Source: Candidatus Dojkabacteria bacterium (GTDB lineage: Bacteria > Patescibacteriota > Dojkabacteria > JAHIVN01). From it: a DNA stretch of 64,000 bases. The notes beneath the pieces were generated by a model. That model was not told the origin of the DNA, did no database searches, and saw only the letters and a program-made list of their open reading frames with translations. Position numbers and translations under genes: made by a program. Location: contig JAFGDO010000001.1 of assembly GCA_016932045.1 (NCBI GenBank), forward strand, positions 1,014 to 65,013. Reading direction: 5' to 3'. Below are positions 1 through 8,564 of the stretch, piece after piece; the stretch's first letter is position 1; each line of letters opens with the position of its first letter.

Positions 1-349
1 AATAATAATTGCCATTGGATTTAACCTCGACACCGGCATCAATTGTAAGTACTGCTCCGTCACTTACGGTAACATTGCCGGTGAGATTATAGGGGCTGTT
101 TGCTGCTGTCCATGTAGTATTTGTAGTTATACTTCCACTAACATCAGTTGCTTGTATAATTCCTAGTTCAACAAGAACTATCCTCAAAATTACAGTGCCC
201 AATGTCAACAGAATCAAAACGCCAAAAATAATGAAATAAGCTTTATTGATCTTTTTTGTTTCCTTGATCGCGTTATCAATAAGCTTTTGTATTGTATTAT
301 TTCGCCTCTTGCTCATTATTTTATCGTAATCTTCATCTGAAAATTTCAT
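1..349 (-). CDS. N-terminal part of a membrane-anchored right-handed beta-helix surface protein (runs off window start)
   Basis: Manual translation from ATG at 349: MKFSDEDYDK...FIIFGVLILLTLGTVILRIVLV...ATDVSGSITTNTTWTAANSPYNLTGNVTVSDGAVLTIDAGVEV. TM segment followed by the typical beta-helix start motif; no stop before position 1. Confidence 0.8.
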   Translation of the reverse strand, partial: MKFSDEDYDKIMSKRRNNTIQKLIDNAIKETKKINKAYFIIFGVLILLTLGTVILRIVLVELGIIQATDVSGSITTNTTWTAANSPYNLTGNVTVSDGAVLTIDAGVEVKSNGNYY

Positions 350-514
350 TTTTTTATAGAATTTTATCATTAGCTACCCGTCGCTCAGATCAACATTACG
401 GCTCATCAGCTTTCTTTAAAGAATTGTTAATGGTGTAAAGGTAATTTTTATATCACCCCTTTGGCAGTTTCTCTATTCTTCGAGGATTTATTTACAATAT
501 ACATATCATATTAC

Positions 515-543
515 AGAATATGGCATTTATACTGACTTGTCAA
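515..543 (-). promoter_or_regulatory. sigma70-type promoter for the gene starting at 349
   Basis: TTGACA (543-538), 17 nt, TATTCT (520-515) on the minus strand. Confidence 0.5.
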
Positions 544-595
544 TCAAAAACGCATGTTGCAGGTATATTTGTATGTAATTGGATTTTCGAGGAAT

Positions 596-654
596 AAAAA
601 AGAAAAAGCAGACTTAGACAGGATCACTTTTCATAATCCTTACTAAGTCTGCTT
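596..654 (-). terminator. Rho-independent terminator after the 673-1713 gene
   Basis: AAGCAGACTTAG (606-617) / CTAAGTCTGCTT (643-654) perfect inverted repeat, followed on the minus strand by a T-rich run. Confidence 0.7.
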
Positions 655-672
655 AATTACTCTTTAACTTCT

Positions 673-1713
673 TTAAACAGTCTGATTTGTCTGATCTCCG
701 CCTCCCTGCATTTGATTTCCGCCTTCAGGCATTCCCTGTGGTTGTGAAGGTCCAATGCTTGTCGGAACCTCCGTCTTTCCGCCACCTGCAGATCCCTTCT
801 TCTTATTTACATATACAGCTAGGCCAACAATCAGTACAACTACTAAGAGAACACCTCCGCCCACATACAGCATAGTTCTATCTGCTTCTTCCTCTTCTTT
901 GGCTGCCGGTTGTGCTGGAGCTGGAGTTGCCGCAACAACTTCAAATACTACCCTATCCTCATACACTACTTCATCATCCATATAAACATCTACATCTCCA
1001 AAATACTGACCGATTTCAAGCTCAGGATCGTCAAACATGACCTTTACTGTGCTCGTTGTAAAGGAATCCACCTCCCCTTCAACATCAGTTGTCTCAAGCG
1101 ATTTCAGAAATTCATCATTTATACTTGAAACATCAAGCATTACTTTGGTCGGAGCTATACTGACATTCCCGTCGTTTCTTATTTCTAACTCAAGTACTAA
1201 TTTCTGTCCTACTTCAAACACTGAAATTGACGCTTTCATGACTGTCATACTCTTTACTTCCTGATCAGAAACAGTTAAGTCGACTTTTATAGCTACTCCC
1301 GGAACAAGGACAACCTGACCTTCCTGATCTTGATCTGCTACCCGGACAGTGATAGTTCCTGTATAGTTTCCGTCTTCTGCGTCATCCGGCACATCAACAG
1401 CTACAGTAAATCGGGTGCTTTCCTCGCCCTCAGCCATTGTGAAAGCGTCACTAGGTGTAACTGTAAACCAATCATTGATGCCTTCAACGTTAAGCTCTAT
1501 CGTGACATCTGCTGCTGACTCGGCTTCTGCTCTTGAGATTAGAAATTCATTCTCATAGTGAGACCCTGCCATTAGAGCATCATTATTAAAGTCAGACGGG
1601 GAAACACCAACGGCTAGTACTCCTCTGGCGAAAAGAAATGCTACCATAGCAAATACTGCTGTGAATACTCCCAACTTCAAGAATTTAGTTTTTAAAATAC
1701 TCATACGGGGCAT
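673..1713 (-). CDS. Secreted, C-terminally anchored two-Ig-domain protein resembling WxL-interacting (DUF916/DUF3324-like) proteins
   Basis: Signal peptide, GVSPS start, IRNDGNV motif, C-terminal TM followed by KKK and a low-complexity tail. Confidence 0.55.
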   Translation of the reverse strand: MPRMSILKTKFLKLGVFTAVFAMVAFLFARGVLAVGVSPSDFNNDALMAGSHYENEFLISRAEAESAADVTIELNVEGINDWFTVTPSDAFTMAEGEESTRFTVAVDVPDDAEDGNYTGTITVRVADQDQEGQVVLVPGVAIKVDLTVSDQEVKSMTVMKASISVFEVGQKLVLELEIRNDGNVSIAPTKVMLDVSSINDEFLKSLETTDVEGEVDSFTTSTVKVMFDDPELEIGQYFGDVDVYMDDEVVYEDRVVFEVVAATPAPAQPAAKEEEEADRTMLYVGGGVLLVVVLIVGLAVYVNKKKGSAGGGKTEVPTSIGPSQPQGMPEGGNQMQGGGDQTNQTV

Positions 1714-1753
1714 GATATAAAAATTAAATTAATTAACTAAAATTAGTTCCTAC

Positions 1754-1785
1754 CAAGAGAGATAGATTAAAACCTACCTCTCTTG
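1754..1785. terminator. Intergenic hairpin (possible terminator or processing site)
   Basis: CAAGAGAGATAG ... CTACCTCTCTTG imperfect inverted repeat between two co-oriented genes. Confidence 0.4.
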
Positions 1786-1842
1786 ATATGTTTTTACTAT
1801 TCAATGCTCAACAAATACCTATTAATTATCAACCGCTAATCT

Positions 1843-3651
1843 TTACCAAGGAGTCTCACCCTTTACAGCAGTCACATAGTTCATACCTTTATAAATACCA
1901 GCAAGCTTTCCTACCGGGACAAAAATACCCCAGTATAGACTTGCCTGTCCAACTGTTGTTGTAGGATTCGCATAAGTTGTCTTTGGACAGTTCAATTCGG
2001 CTTCAACATCAGAACCTGTCAGGGCCACCCCACTTCCATAAGCAGTACTTGGGGCTAAAGCATAATGCTGCTGACCGACTACTATACTATCACCGGTACA
2101 TGAAGGTGTGCTTACATTATCACAGTCCATATCATCGCCTTTCAAGTTTGTATCTAGAACCACATTTCCTGTTCCTGAAACTACTACTGTATCTGCACAT
2201 GTTGCATCCCCTGTACCTTCCGAGTAAGAACCATAGTTAAGAGTACCAACGTCAAGATCAAGAGCTGTTAGACTATTCACTTCAGTTGGAGTAACCGACT
2301 CAGTATTGCCTTGTGCAGTGTCATCGTCTGTTGCCTGCATAGTTGCATACCATTCATCATCTGTCCATGTTGTTCCTGTATCAGTAGGATCTGCATGATA
2401 GTAAATCGTATTTACAACTGTGCACTTATATCCTGCAGTTGCATCTGTATTCTCTCTGTCTGTCTTTGTGCCTGTACAAGTCTCAACTCCTGAATCATAC
2501 ACACATGAAAGAAGAGGATAACAGCTGTCTCGATCTTCTTCACCCGCAGCATCGCACGAATCAAATGTACCCCCAGCCGTTGATTTATATAAACTAACCT
2601 TCACATTGCCCCCAGTGTTCACATCCTGACAGTTATTGCTGTCAGTAATTATTGCATCTATATATACAGTTTCTGTACTATTTGTAGAACTCTCATCAAG
2701 ATCTAGACTTCCGCCAGTAACTGTAATAGTTACAGTATTCACAGTCGGAGCTACATTGTTTACTGTAAATGTAGCTGATCTTGTTGCCGGAGTAGATTCT
2801 AGATTATGACCGTCATACATATATGGATATACATCATAACTAGCATCCTGTATAACCGCTGGCACAGGATAATTACATTCTAATGTTCCCGGTGATGTAA
2901 CACCAGTTGATGAACATAGAGTCGTTCCTGTACAACCTCCTGAAGTAGCACCTGCGGTTTTACAAACGTATAGACTTACAGTATCAGCTGTACCACCAGC
3001 ATCGTCATACTCTGTATACGTTGCCGTAAATGTTGCTGTTCCTCCTGGATTTGCAGAAGGTGAAGTTAGACCATCAAATGTTGGTTTATGGTTTACATAG
3101 AATGGTGACTCTGTACCATCTGAAGCAGTACCCTGACTGGCTGCTGAACATGACCCGCCGACAATTGCATCACATGCAAATGCATACCATGCCTCAGTTT
3201 CACTATTTCCCGACTGTTGTCCGCCACCGTCTGTTTGCTGAATTGCAGAAGTCGTGCAACTATTAGATGCAGCGCTTGCAGCCGAAGTATCATCTCTGCA
3301 CCATCTATTTCCTGAACCGCCATTACATTCCGGAGCACTAGTTCCATTGTGTGTTGGTGCATTACCGTTCTTACAAATAATCAGAAACCAGTTATCACCA
3401 TTATCATCGGAAGCCGTACCCTGGAAAGTAACTGTAGCTCCTACATTAGTCGGAGCTGCAGCAGTTGAGGCTACAGTCTCTCCCATAGCAGAAAAATTTG
3501 GAGCTTCATTTGATACACTTACCTGAGTTTCTTTTGGCTCAGCGGCTTGTGTATTTACTCTAAGTTTTGTGATTGCCAAAAACATCAAAACAATCCCCAA
3601 AGCTCCTATAGCAAGAATCTTTAGGGCTTTTAATTTGTCTTTGATTAACAT
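1843..3651 (-). CDS. Secreted Cys/Thr-rich surface protein with a WxL/pilin-like C-terminal domain
   Basis: Signal peptide, many paired Cys, Ig-like repeats (NxAP motifs), C-terminal LYWGIFVPxGxxAGxYxG. Confidence 0.6.
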   Translation of the reverse strand: MLIKDKLKALKILAIGALGIVLMFLAITKLRVNTQAAEPKETQVSVSNEAPNFSAMGETVASTAAAPTNVGATVTFQGTASDDNGDNWFLIICKNGNAPTHNGTSAPECNGGSGNRWCRDDTSAASAASNSCTTSAIQQTDGGGQQSGNSETEAWYAFACDAIVGGSCSAASQGTASDGTESPFYVNHKPTFDGLTSPSANPGGTATFTATYTEYDDAGGTADTVSLYVCKTAGATSGGCTGTTLCSSTGVTSPGTLECNYPVPAVIQDASYDVYPYMYDGHNLESTPATRSATFTVNNVAPTVNTVTITVTGGSLDLDESSTNSTETVYIDAIITDSNNCQDVNTGGNVKVSLYKSTAGGTFDSCDAAGEEDRDSCYPLLSCVYDSGVETCTGTKTDRENTDATAGYKCTVVNTIYYHADPTDTGTTWTDDEWYATMQATDDDTAQGNTESVTPTEVNSLTALDLDVGTLNYGSYSEGTGDATCADTVVVSGTGNVVLDTNLKGDDMDCDNVSTPSCTGDSIVVGQQHYALAPSTAYGSGVALTGSDVEAELNCPKTTYANPTTTVGQASLYWGIFVPVGKLAGIYKGMNYVTAVKGETPW

Positions 3652-3726
3652 AAAAAGGAGTTTTAATAAGTAAAATATTGGATAAATTTGTTGTTTAGCG
3701 TAAATTAAATTATTATATACATCATC

Positions 3727-3798
3727 ATCCTAGGTAATAAGAATAGTTTTGTCAAGTGTCATCTGTTGCTTGAATGAAATGATTTAACTAGGTATAAT
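3727..3798. promoter_or_regulatory. Back-to-back sigma70 promoters
   Basis: Minus: TTGACA (3755-3750), 17 nt, TAGGAT (3732-3727) toward the 3651 gene. Plus: TTGAAT (3770-3775), 17 nt, TATAAT (3793-3798) toward the tRNA locus. Confidence 0.6.
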
Positions 3799-3873
3799 TC
3801 TTCTGCTCAAAACAATTGCCAATAAAGAATTGAAGGTGTAGAATAAATAGTTTAGATCCTTATAGAATTCAGA

Positions 3874-3908
3874 GTCTAATCTTTCGCCAAGCGGGATAAC
3901 GGTTTGGA
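3874..3908 (+). pseudogene. tRNA-Glu D-arm fragment interrupted by a palindromic insert
   Basis: GTCTAA [TCTTTCGCCAAGCGGGATAA] CGGTTTGGA; without the insert it matches GTCTAACGGTTAGGA at 14/15. Confidence 0.5.
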
Positions 3909-3931
3909 AGTTGTTTAAAAAGTAAAAATAT

Positions 3932-4023
3932 TTGTTGCCCTGTAAAAACTCGCTACACTCGGTTCACAGGGCACAAGTCAAACTCGACATTTCATATCAC
4001 TTCGCTCATGAAATGTAAGTTTG
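3932..4023. repeat. Two hairpin elements with TCGCTxCxCTC-type loops
   Basis: TGCCCTGT..CTCGCTACACTCG..ACAGGGCA and CAAACT..ACATTTCAT..CACTTCGCTC..ATGAAATGTAAGTTTG. Confidence 0.6.
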
Positions 4024-4030
4024 CTATGTA

Positions 4031-4069
4031 GCCCCATCGTCTAATCCTTCGATAAACTCAGGATTGACG
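4031..4069 (+). pseudogene. tRNA-Glu 5' fragment followed by a palindromic element
   Basis: GCCCCATCGTCTAA then TCCTTCGATAAACTCAGGA, the reverse complement of the TCCTGAG..TCGAAGGA family. Confidence 0.6.
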
Positions 4070-4127
4070 AATTAAAAATAGTATAGTTCTTTACAAAATG
4101 AAATAACTCGCCTTGAATGCATTGAAG

Positions 4128-4220
4128 GGCCCCATCGCCCGCCTGCCCTCACGAACTTGTTCGGGAGCGGGCAGGTCTAACGGTTAGCCTGCCTGCCGGC
4201 AGGCAGGGACACCGGGTTTT
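4128..4220 (+). pseudogene. tRNA-Glu 5' half split by two palindromic insertions
   Basis: GGCCCCATCG [38-nt insert 4138-4175] TCTAACGGTTAG [CCTGCCTGCCGGCAGGCAGG 4188-4207] GACACCGGGTTTT; spliced sequence matches the intact tRNA at 33/35. Confidence 0.85.
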
Positions 4221-4281
4221 TCCCGCAAATGTCCATGAGCCGAAAGCGAATGGGAACAGTTGCGAGGATCCCGCAGATCCT

Positions 4282-4353
4282 GGCGCTATCGTCTAACGGT
4301 TAGGACACCGGGTTTTCAACCCGGCAATCCGGGTTCGATTCCCGGTAGCGTCA
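4282..4353 (+). tRNA. tRNA-Glu(TTC), no encoded CCA
   Basis: GGCGCTA acceptor pairing with TAGCGTC-A, anticodon stem CCGGG/CCCGG with loop TTTTCAA, T arm CCGGG-TTCGATT-CCCGG. Confidence 0.95.
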
Positions 4354-4480
4354 CGTAAAATCTCGTATAATCCCTGTGGGATTTCGACGGGATCACGTGA
4401 CCCGTCACAGTAAAATCAGCACCTGATGTGAGATGATTTTACATGAGGAAGTGATGAGCAAAGCGAATTTTACGTCCTCA
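4354..4480. repeat. Cluster of short hairpin elements downstream of the tRNA
   Basis: AATCCCTGTGGGATT, GACGGG..CCCGTC (4386-4406), GTAAAATC..GATTTTAC (4410-4442), TGAGGA..GAGCAAAGCGA..TCCTCA (4444-4480). Confidence 0.6.
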
Positions 4481-4564
4481 CATGGCTCTAGGTGTCATCC
4501 TGATAAACTTCTTAATAAAACAAATAAACCCCAGAAGACATAGTTAAAATATTATTATTTTCTT

Positions 4565-4822
4565 ATGTATTACTATGTCTACGTACTGCAAAGCTTAAAA
4601 AATGAATATTTCTATATTGGATTCACAACTAATCTCAAGAAGAGAGTTAGTGATCATAACAATGGCAGGAATACCTCAACAAAAAATAGGAAACCTTTAA
4701 AACTTATCTATTTTGAAGGCTATTTGAATAAGAAAGATGCTCTGGGTAGAGAAAAGTTTCTAAAATCAGGTAGTGGAATGAGGTATTTGAAGAAACAGAT
4801 GAGACATTACTTTATGTTATAG
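4565..4822 (+). CDS. Stand-alone GIY-YIG nuclease (UPF0213/SLX1-like)
   Basis: YVYVL..FYIGFT..LKKR..HNxG..REKFLK; catalytic Tyr, Arg and Glu present; 85 aa. Confidence 0.9.
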   Translation: MYYYVYVLQSLKNEYFYIGFTTNLKKRVSDHNNGRNTSTKNRKPLKLIYFEGYLNKKDALGREKFLKSGSGMRYLKKQMRHYFML

Positions 4823-4853
4823 ATTTAACATTCTGGTTCGATCTGCGAAGCAA

Positions 4854-4902
4854 GGTTCGTCTGCCCTGAGCACAGTCGAAGGGACTCCCGGTAGCGTCAC
4901 CA
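4854..4902 (+). pseudogene. tRNA-Glu 3' end copy with CCA (attR-like), interrupted by a palindromic insert
   Basis: GGTTCG [TCTGCCCTGAGCACAGTCGAAGGG 4860-4883] ACTCCCGGTAGCGTCACCA; one mismatch to the tRNA 3' end, plus CCA. Confidence 0.85.
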
Positions 4903-4960
4903 AAAGTTCCTTGACTTCCACACTGATTTTACAAGAATATAGCTGTATCCTTTATACCCT

Positions 4961-4989
4961 TTGACTTCTATATAATTGGTTGATAGTAT
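4961..4989 (+). promoter_or_regulatory. sigma70 promoter with extended -10
   Basis: TTGACT, 17 nt, TAGTAT preceded by TG. Confidence 0.55.
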
Positions 4990-5019
4990 GATCTAATAAG
5001 CTTATGATTCACTACCTAC

Positions 5020-7104
5020 ATGAGAAAACTTCTTTCACAAATTTTTCCCTCGGTTTTTATTTTCTCTTTATTTTTAATAATTCCTTTGTTTTTCCCTCAA
5101 AACACTAAAGCGTATGATCAACTCGGAGAAGGGGTCTGTGAGTGCAATTCCTGCAGCGACTGCACATCAGCTCTTGAAGATGATACTAATTGTACGACTA
5201 CAGTAAGACTTACTGTAGATATTCTTGATGAACAAGCAAGATGCATTGATCACCCTGCTGGTAATGACAAAACCTTCGACTGCCAAAACCATACTATAGA
5301 TGGAACCGATAATGATATAGGTATTGGAATCAGCGGGACTTCTGGAGGCAATAATATTACGATTCAAAACTGTTTTGTAAATGATTTTCAAGAAGGTATT
5401 GTAGTTTACGATGGCTCCACATATGTCATAACTTCTAATACTGTATCTTCCTGTTTATTTGGTATCGGCGCCTATCGAAATAGTAATGTAACTATCTCGG
5501 GAAATACTGCAAATCTGAATGATTATTTTGGAATACATACCATTGAAAATACTTTAGCATCAATTACCGGAAATACTGTCACCAATACTACTGCTGAACT
5601 AGGTCCGGCATCTTATTATATCAGTCAATATTCCAATGGATCTTGGAAAGGGATTGCAGTTGAACACTTCACAACTCAATATAAGACCAAATCATTCCTT
5701 GCTCATGAAGATTCAAACGAGTTGAAACTCAGATTTGTTCAGAAAAATATAGATTTCGGCGATATAGAAAGCATACAGCTTTATGCCTGCGGGACATTTA
5801 TCAGTCCAAAATATGCACGATATTTAGATACTGGCGAATCTGTTCTTGAAGATATACTCTATAATGATTTAAATGTAGTTGTAGCTCATGAAAAAGAAGT
5901 CGAAATCGCTTGGGATATTCCACTGATGTGTTCATACCCGTACATTGTTTCTCTTAATGCAAATGAATATGGGCAAGGACTGCCAATTCAATCCCCGCAT
6001 TCTCGAGATTCAGAGTTTTACACCTATGAGATAGACTCAAGTCAACACTCAATCAACACGGATGGCGTATTGAATGAAAATGATAAACTGAATATACCTC
6101 AATTTATATCTATGTGGGAACCGACTTCAGGTCATCCGAAAGGAAATACCTTTGTTTATATCAGTAATGATAATAAAAATGTATATATATCTTTTGACAT
6201 AACTTCTGACAATACAAATGAGTATGGGCAGGACTGGATAGAAATTGAGACTTCAGATACAAAAGTGTTTAGAATTGACGACTTCAATGATAAGTACGGG
6301 AAATGCGGCTTCGGAACAACTGATAAAGTTGCTTTTAAACATCAAATGTGCGAATTTGCAATTCCAAAAGAAGAATTTCATAACTCCGATATATCATTTA
6401 AGGTTAGATATTATGGTACTGGATCAGCTGGTGGAGCAGGAACTGGGATAATCGTTGAAAGCGATAATGCAACTATAAATAATAATGTTGTTACTGATAA
6501 TGCCACCTATGGTATTTTTATAGATAACTCACTCGGGAACACGATAACTTTGAATACAAACACGGTATGTAATAACTATGATACTGATATCATAGGCACG
6601 AATATGGATCCAACCATAACAGGAGATAATAATAAATGCGATACGACTTTTGACTGGAATGATGCGGGAACAACAGGTTGTACTTTTGGATGTGATGATA
6701 CTCCACCGGTTTTTGTTCAACTTCCGGGAAGCACTGAACTGATCAATATAACTGAAGGACAAGTTATAACTGTAAATCCATATACCATAAAAGTAAAACC
6801 TGAGGATGATGAAAGCGGGATCAATAAAGTCGAGATATATATCGATGATGTTTTAATTTGCACTATAACAACACCGGATGCAAATGGGGTATACTCATGC
6901 AATTGGGACACCTCAAAGTATCATTCAACTGTACGTGCCGTAGCTTATAATAACAATAATCTTACAGCACAGATTACAAGGACAGCAAATGTCGCACTTT
7001 CGGAAACAGGACAAAATATTCTCCTAGGCTTAGTATTCGGTTTACTATTAGTTATCGGGACAATCTTAACGAATAGGATAATCCACCAGAAGAAATTACT
7101 ATAA
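5020..7104 (+). CDS. NosD/CASH-type beta-helix surface protein with an inserted domain, Ig-like domain and LPXTG-like anchor
   Basis: Signal peptide, GI..N.TI.NN repeats, DDESGINKVEIYID/WDT Ig domain, LSETG + TM + KK tail. Confidence 0.7.
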   Translation: MRKLLSQIFPSVFIFSLFLIIPLFFPQNTKAYDQLGEGVCECNSCSDCTSALEDDTNCTTTVRLTVDILDEQARCIDHPAGNDKTFDCQNHTIDGTDNDIGIGISGTSGGNNITIQNCFVNDFQEGIVVYDGSTYVITSNTVSSCLFGIGAYRNSNVTISGNTANLNDYFGIHTIENTLASITGNTVTNTTAELGPASYYISQYSNGSWKGIAVEHFTTQYKTKSFLAHEDSNELKLRFVQKNIDFGDIESIQLYACGTFISPKYARYLDTGESVLEDILYNDLNVVVAHEKEVEIAWDIPLMCSYPYIVSLNANEYGQGLPIQSPHSRDSEFYTYEIDSSQHSINTDGVLNENDKLNIPQFISMWEPTSGHPKGNTFVYISNDNKNVYISFDITSDNTNEYGQDWIEIETSDTKVFRIDDFNDKYGKCGFGTTDKVAFKHQMCEFAIPKEEFHNSDISFKVRYYGTGSAGGAGTGIIVESDNATINNNVVTDNATYGIFIDNSLGNTITLNTNTVCNNYDTDIIGTNMDPTITGDNNKCDTTFDWNDAGTTGCTFGCDDTPPVFVQLPGSTELINITEGQVITVNPYTIKVKPEDDESGINKVEIYIDDVLICTITTPDANGVYSCNWDTSKYHSTVRAVAYNNNNLTAQITRTANVALSETGQNILLGLVFGLLLVIGTILTNRIIHQKKLL

Positions 7105-7180
7105 GAATTAATGCTTTCTGAATGTTCTTTTGAAGGAAAACTTGCTATTTCTATTTCCAAAGTGTATACGAAAGATAGTG

Positions 7181-8323
7181 TTAACCTTTTTTGTTACTGC
7201 GTTTTTTCCTTATGAAAATTAAGAATATTAAAGCTAGGATAACAATAGCAACAACAAATATGCAAAGTACAGATATACAGCAAATTATGAAACCAGAGGC
7301 GGAATCACTAGTATCTCCACCCGTCTTATTACTTATTATATCCAAGATATTATCATCATCAGAAGATAAAATTGATGATGAAAAACACGAACACCCCGGA
7401 AATGGCGTCTGCATCTCATTACTTGAACACTTTTGCAGACACTTCTCATCCTCAAGCCCACTTGTCCACCAAAGGCCGTCCTCCCTATAATCATATGGAG
7501 TTATATTGCTTTCGTCAAAATCATATTTTGTAAAAGTAAACTGTTCACCTGAACGGACCGTAATTAAATTCCCAGTTTTATTATCAATCTCAACTTCTCC
7601 TTCCAGCACCTTATAAGTATATTCATCACCACTATGTTCAAAGATAAACTCACTTCTTGACCCAGCTACATTATCGAGTGAATCTTCTTCGCCTTTGGTA
7701 AGCTCTCTGTATCTTTCACCGCTCATCAGCCGGGTATATTCTCCCTCATTAATTAAAAACATATTTTTAGCGTTTATCCAGAGTTTTTCAACATTACTCA
7801 ATTCAACATAGTATTTACGCTGCAATATATATGAAGAGAATTCAGTAAATTCACGTAACTGTCCATTTGGAAATAGTATCTCCACGTACTGATCCTCAGC
7901 TACCATGATCATATCTCCTTCATATATAAACGAGCCGACTTCAACTTCGATATATTCACTAGATCCATAGCGTTTGACTTCAAGTTTTCCCGGGACGTCT
8001 TTATGCTCTCTATCAAAAGCATATACATAACCAGAAGCGCCACTTTCATAAAGAACTCTTTCAATGCACTTTCGATCGTAACGGCAGTCTTCACTTACAT
8101 ATGGACAGTAACACGTACATTCTTCTCCTTGAGGACAATTACAGGAGATGAACTTTTGAGCCGCGTCATCGAAATACCCAACACAGTTTTTTGTACAAGG
8201 TGTCTTGCCACAAAGGTAGCAGTCACTAGCTCCCTTAGGACAATCCTCAGCTTTAACCGGGAAATGAATAAAAAGTAAAGATGAAACTATAAATAATAAT
8301 GAAAATATTATTTTTTTATTCAT
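7181..8323 (-). CDS. FecR-like domain surface protein with Cys-rich ends and a C-terminal TM
   Basis: Signal peptide; IYEGDMI..VEILFPNG and GSRSEF..VLEGEVEI motifs; TM containing CC. Confidence 0.55.
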   Translation of the reverse strand: MNKKIIFSLLFIVSSLLFIHFPVKAEDCPKGASDCYLCGKTPCTKNCVGYFDDAAQKFISCNCPQGEECTCYCPYVSEDCRYDRKCIERVLYESGASGYVYAFDREHKDVPGKLEVKRYGSSEYIEVEVGSFIYEGDMIMVAEDQYVEILFPNGQLREFTEFSSYILQRKYYVELSNVEKLWINAKNMFLINEGEYTRLMSGERYRELTKGEEDSLDNVAGSRSEFIFEHSGDEYTYKVLEGEVEIDNKTGNLITVRSGEQFTFTKYDFDESNITPYDYREDGLWWTSGLEDEKCLQKCSSNEMQTPFPGCSCFSSSILSSDDDNILDIISNKTGGDTSDSASGFIICCISVLCIFVVAIVILALIFLIFIRKKRSNKKG

Positions 8324-8368
8324 TATTTTAAACTTAAAATAAAGTTACTAGTAATATCAGTATAATCC

Positions 8369-8517
8369 ATAGAATTAGGAATGACAACTGTATTGATTGC
8401 GGAAAGCTTTTTTACTGGGGTACAAACTGAAGGTTAAACGACCGCTACATCCATGAAGCCGATTTTGTGATCAGTAACTATGAAGAGATCATCCCGCCAG
8501 CCTCGAAATACCGCTGA
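8369..8517 (+). pseudogene. Possible remnant of the 3' end of a HAD-family hydrolase gene
   Basis: Fragments IELGMTTVLIAES and DRYIHEADFVISNYEEII lie in different frames, separated by stops. Confidence 0.35.
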
Positions 8518-8564
8518 CAACCTACTAAACTACATTTACTTCAAGTTCGAATATATGTTACATT

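Noticed and set aside
3874-4480. CRISPR array
   Set aside because: Repeats are heterogeneous, irregularly spaced and tRNA-derived; no cas genes are in the window.
4282-4902. Group I intron with a homing endonuclease inside tRNA-Glu
   Set aside because: The tRNA at 4282-4353 is already complete, the downstream piece duplicates its 3' end instead of completing it, and I could not identify P/Q/R/S core elements.
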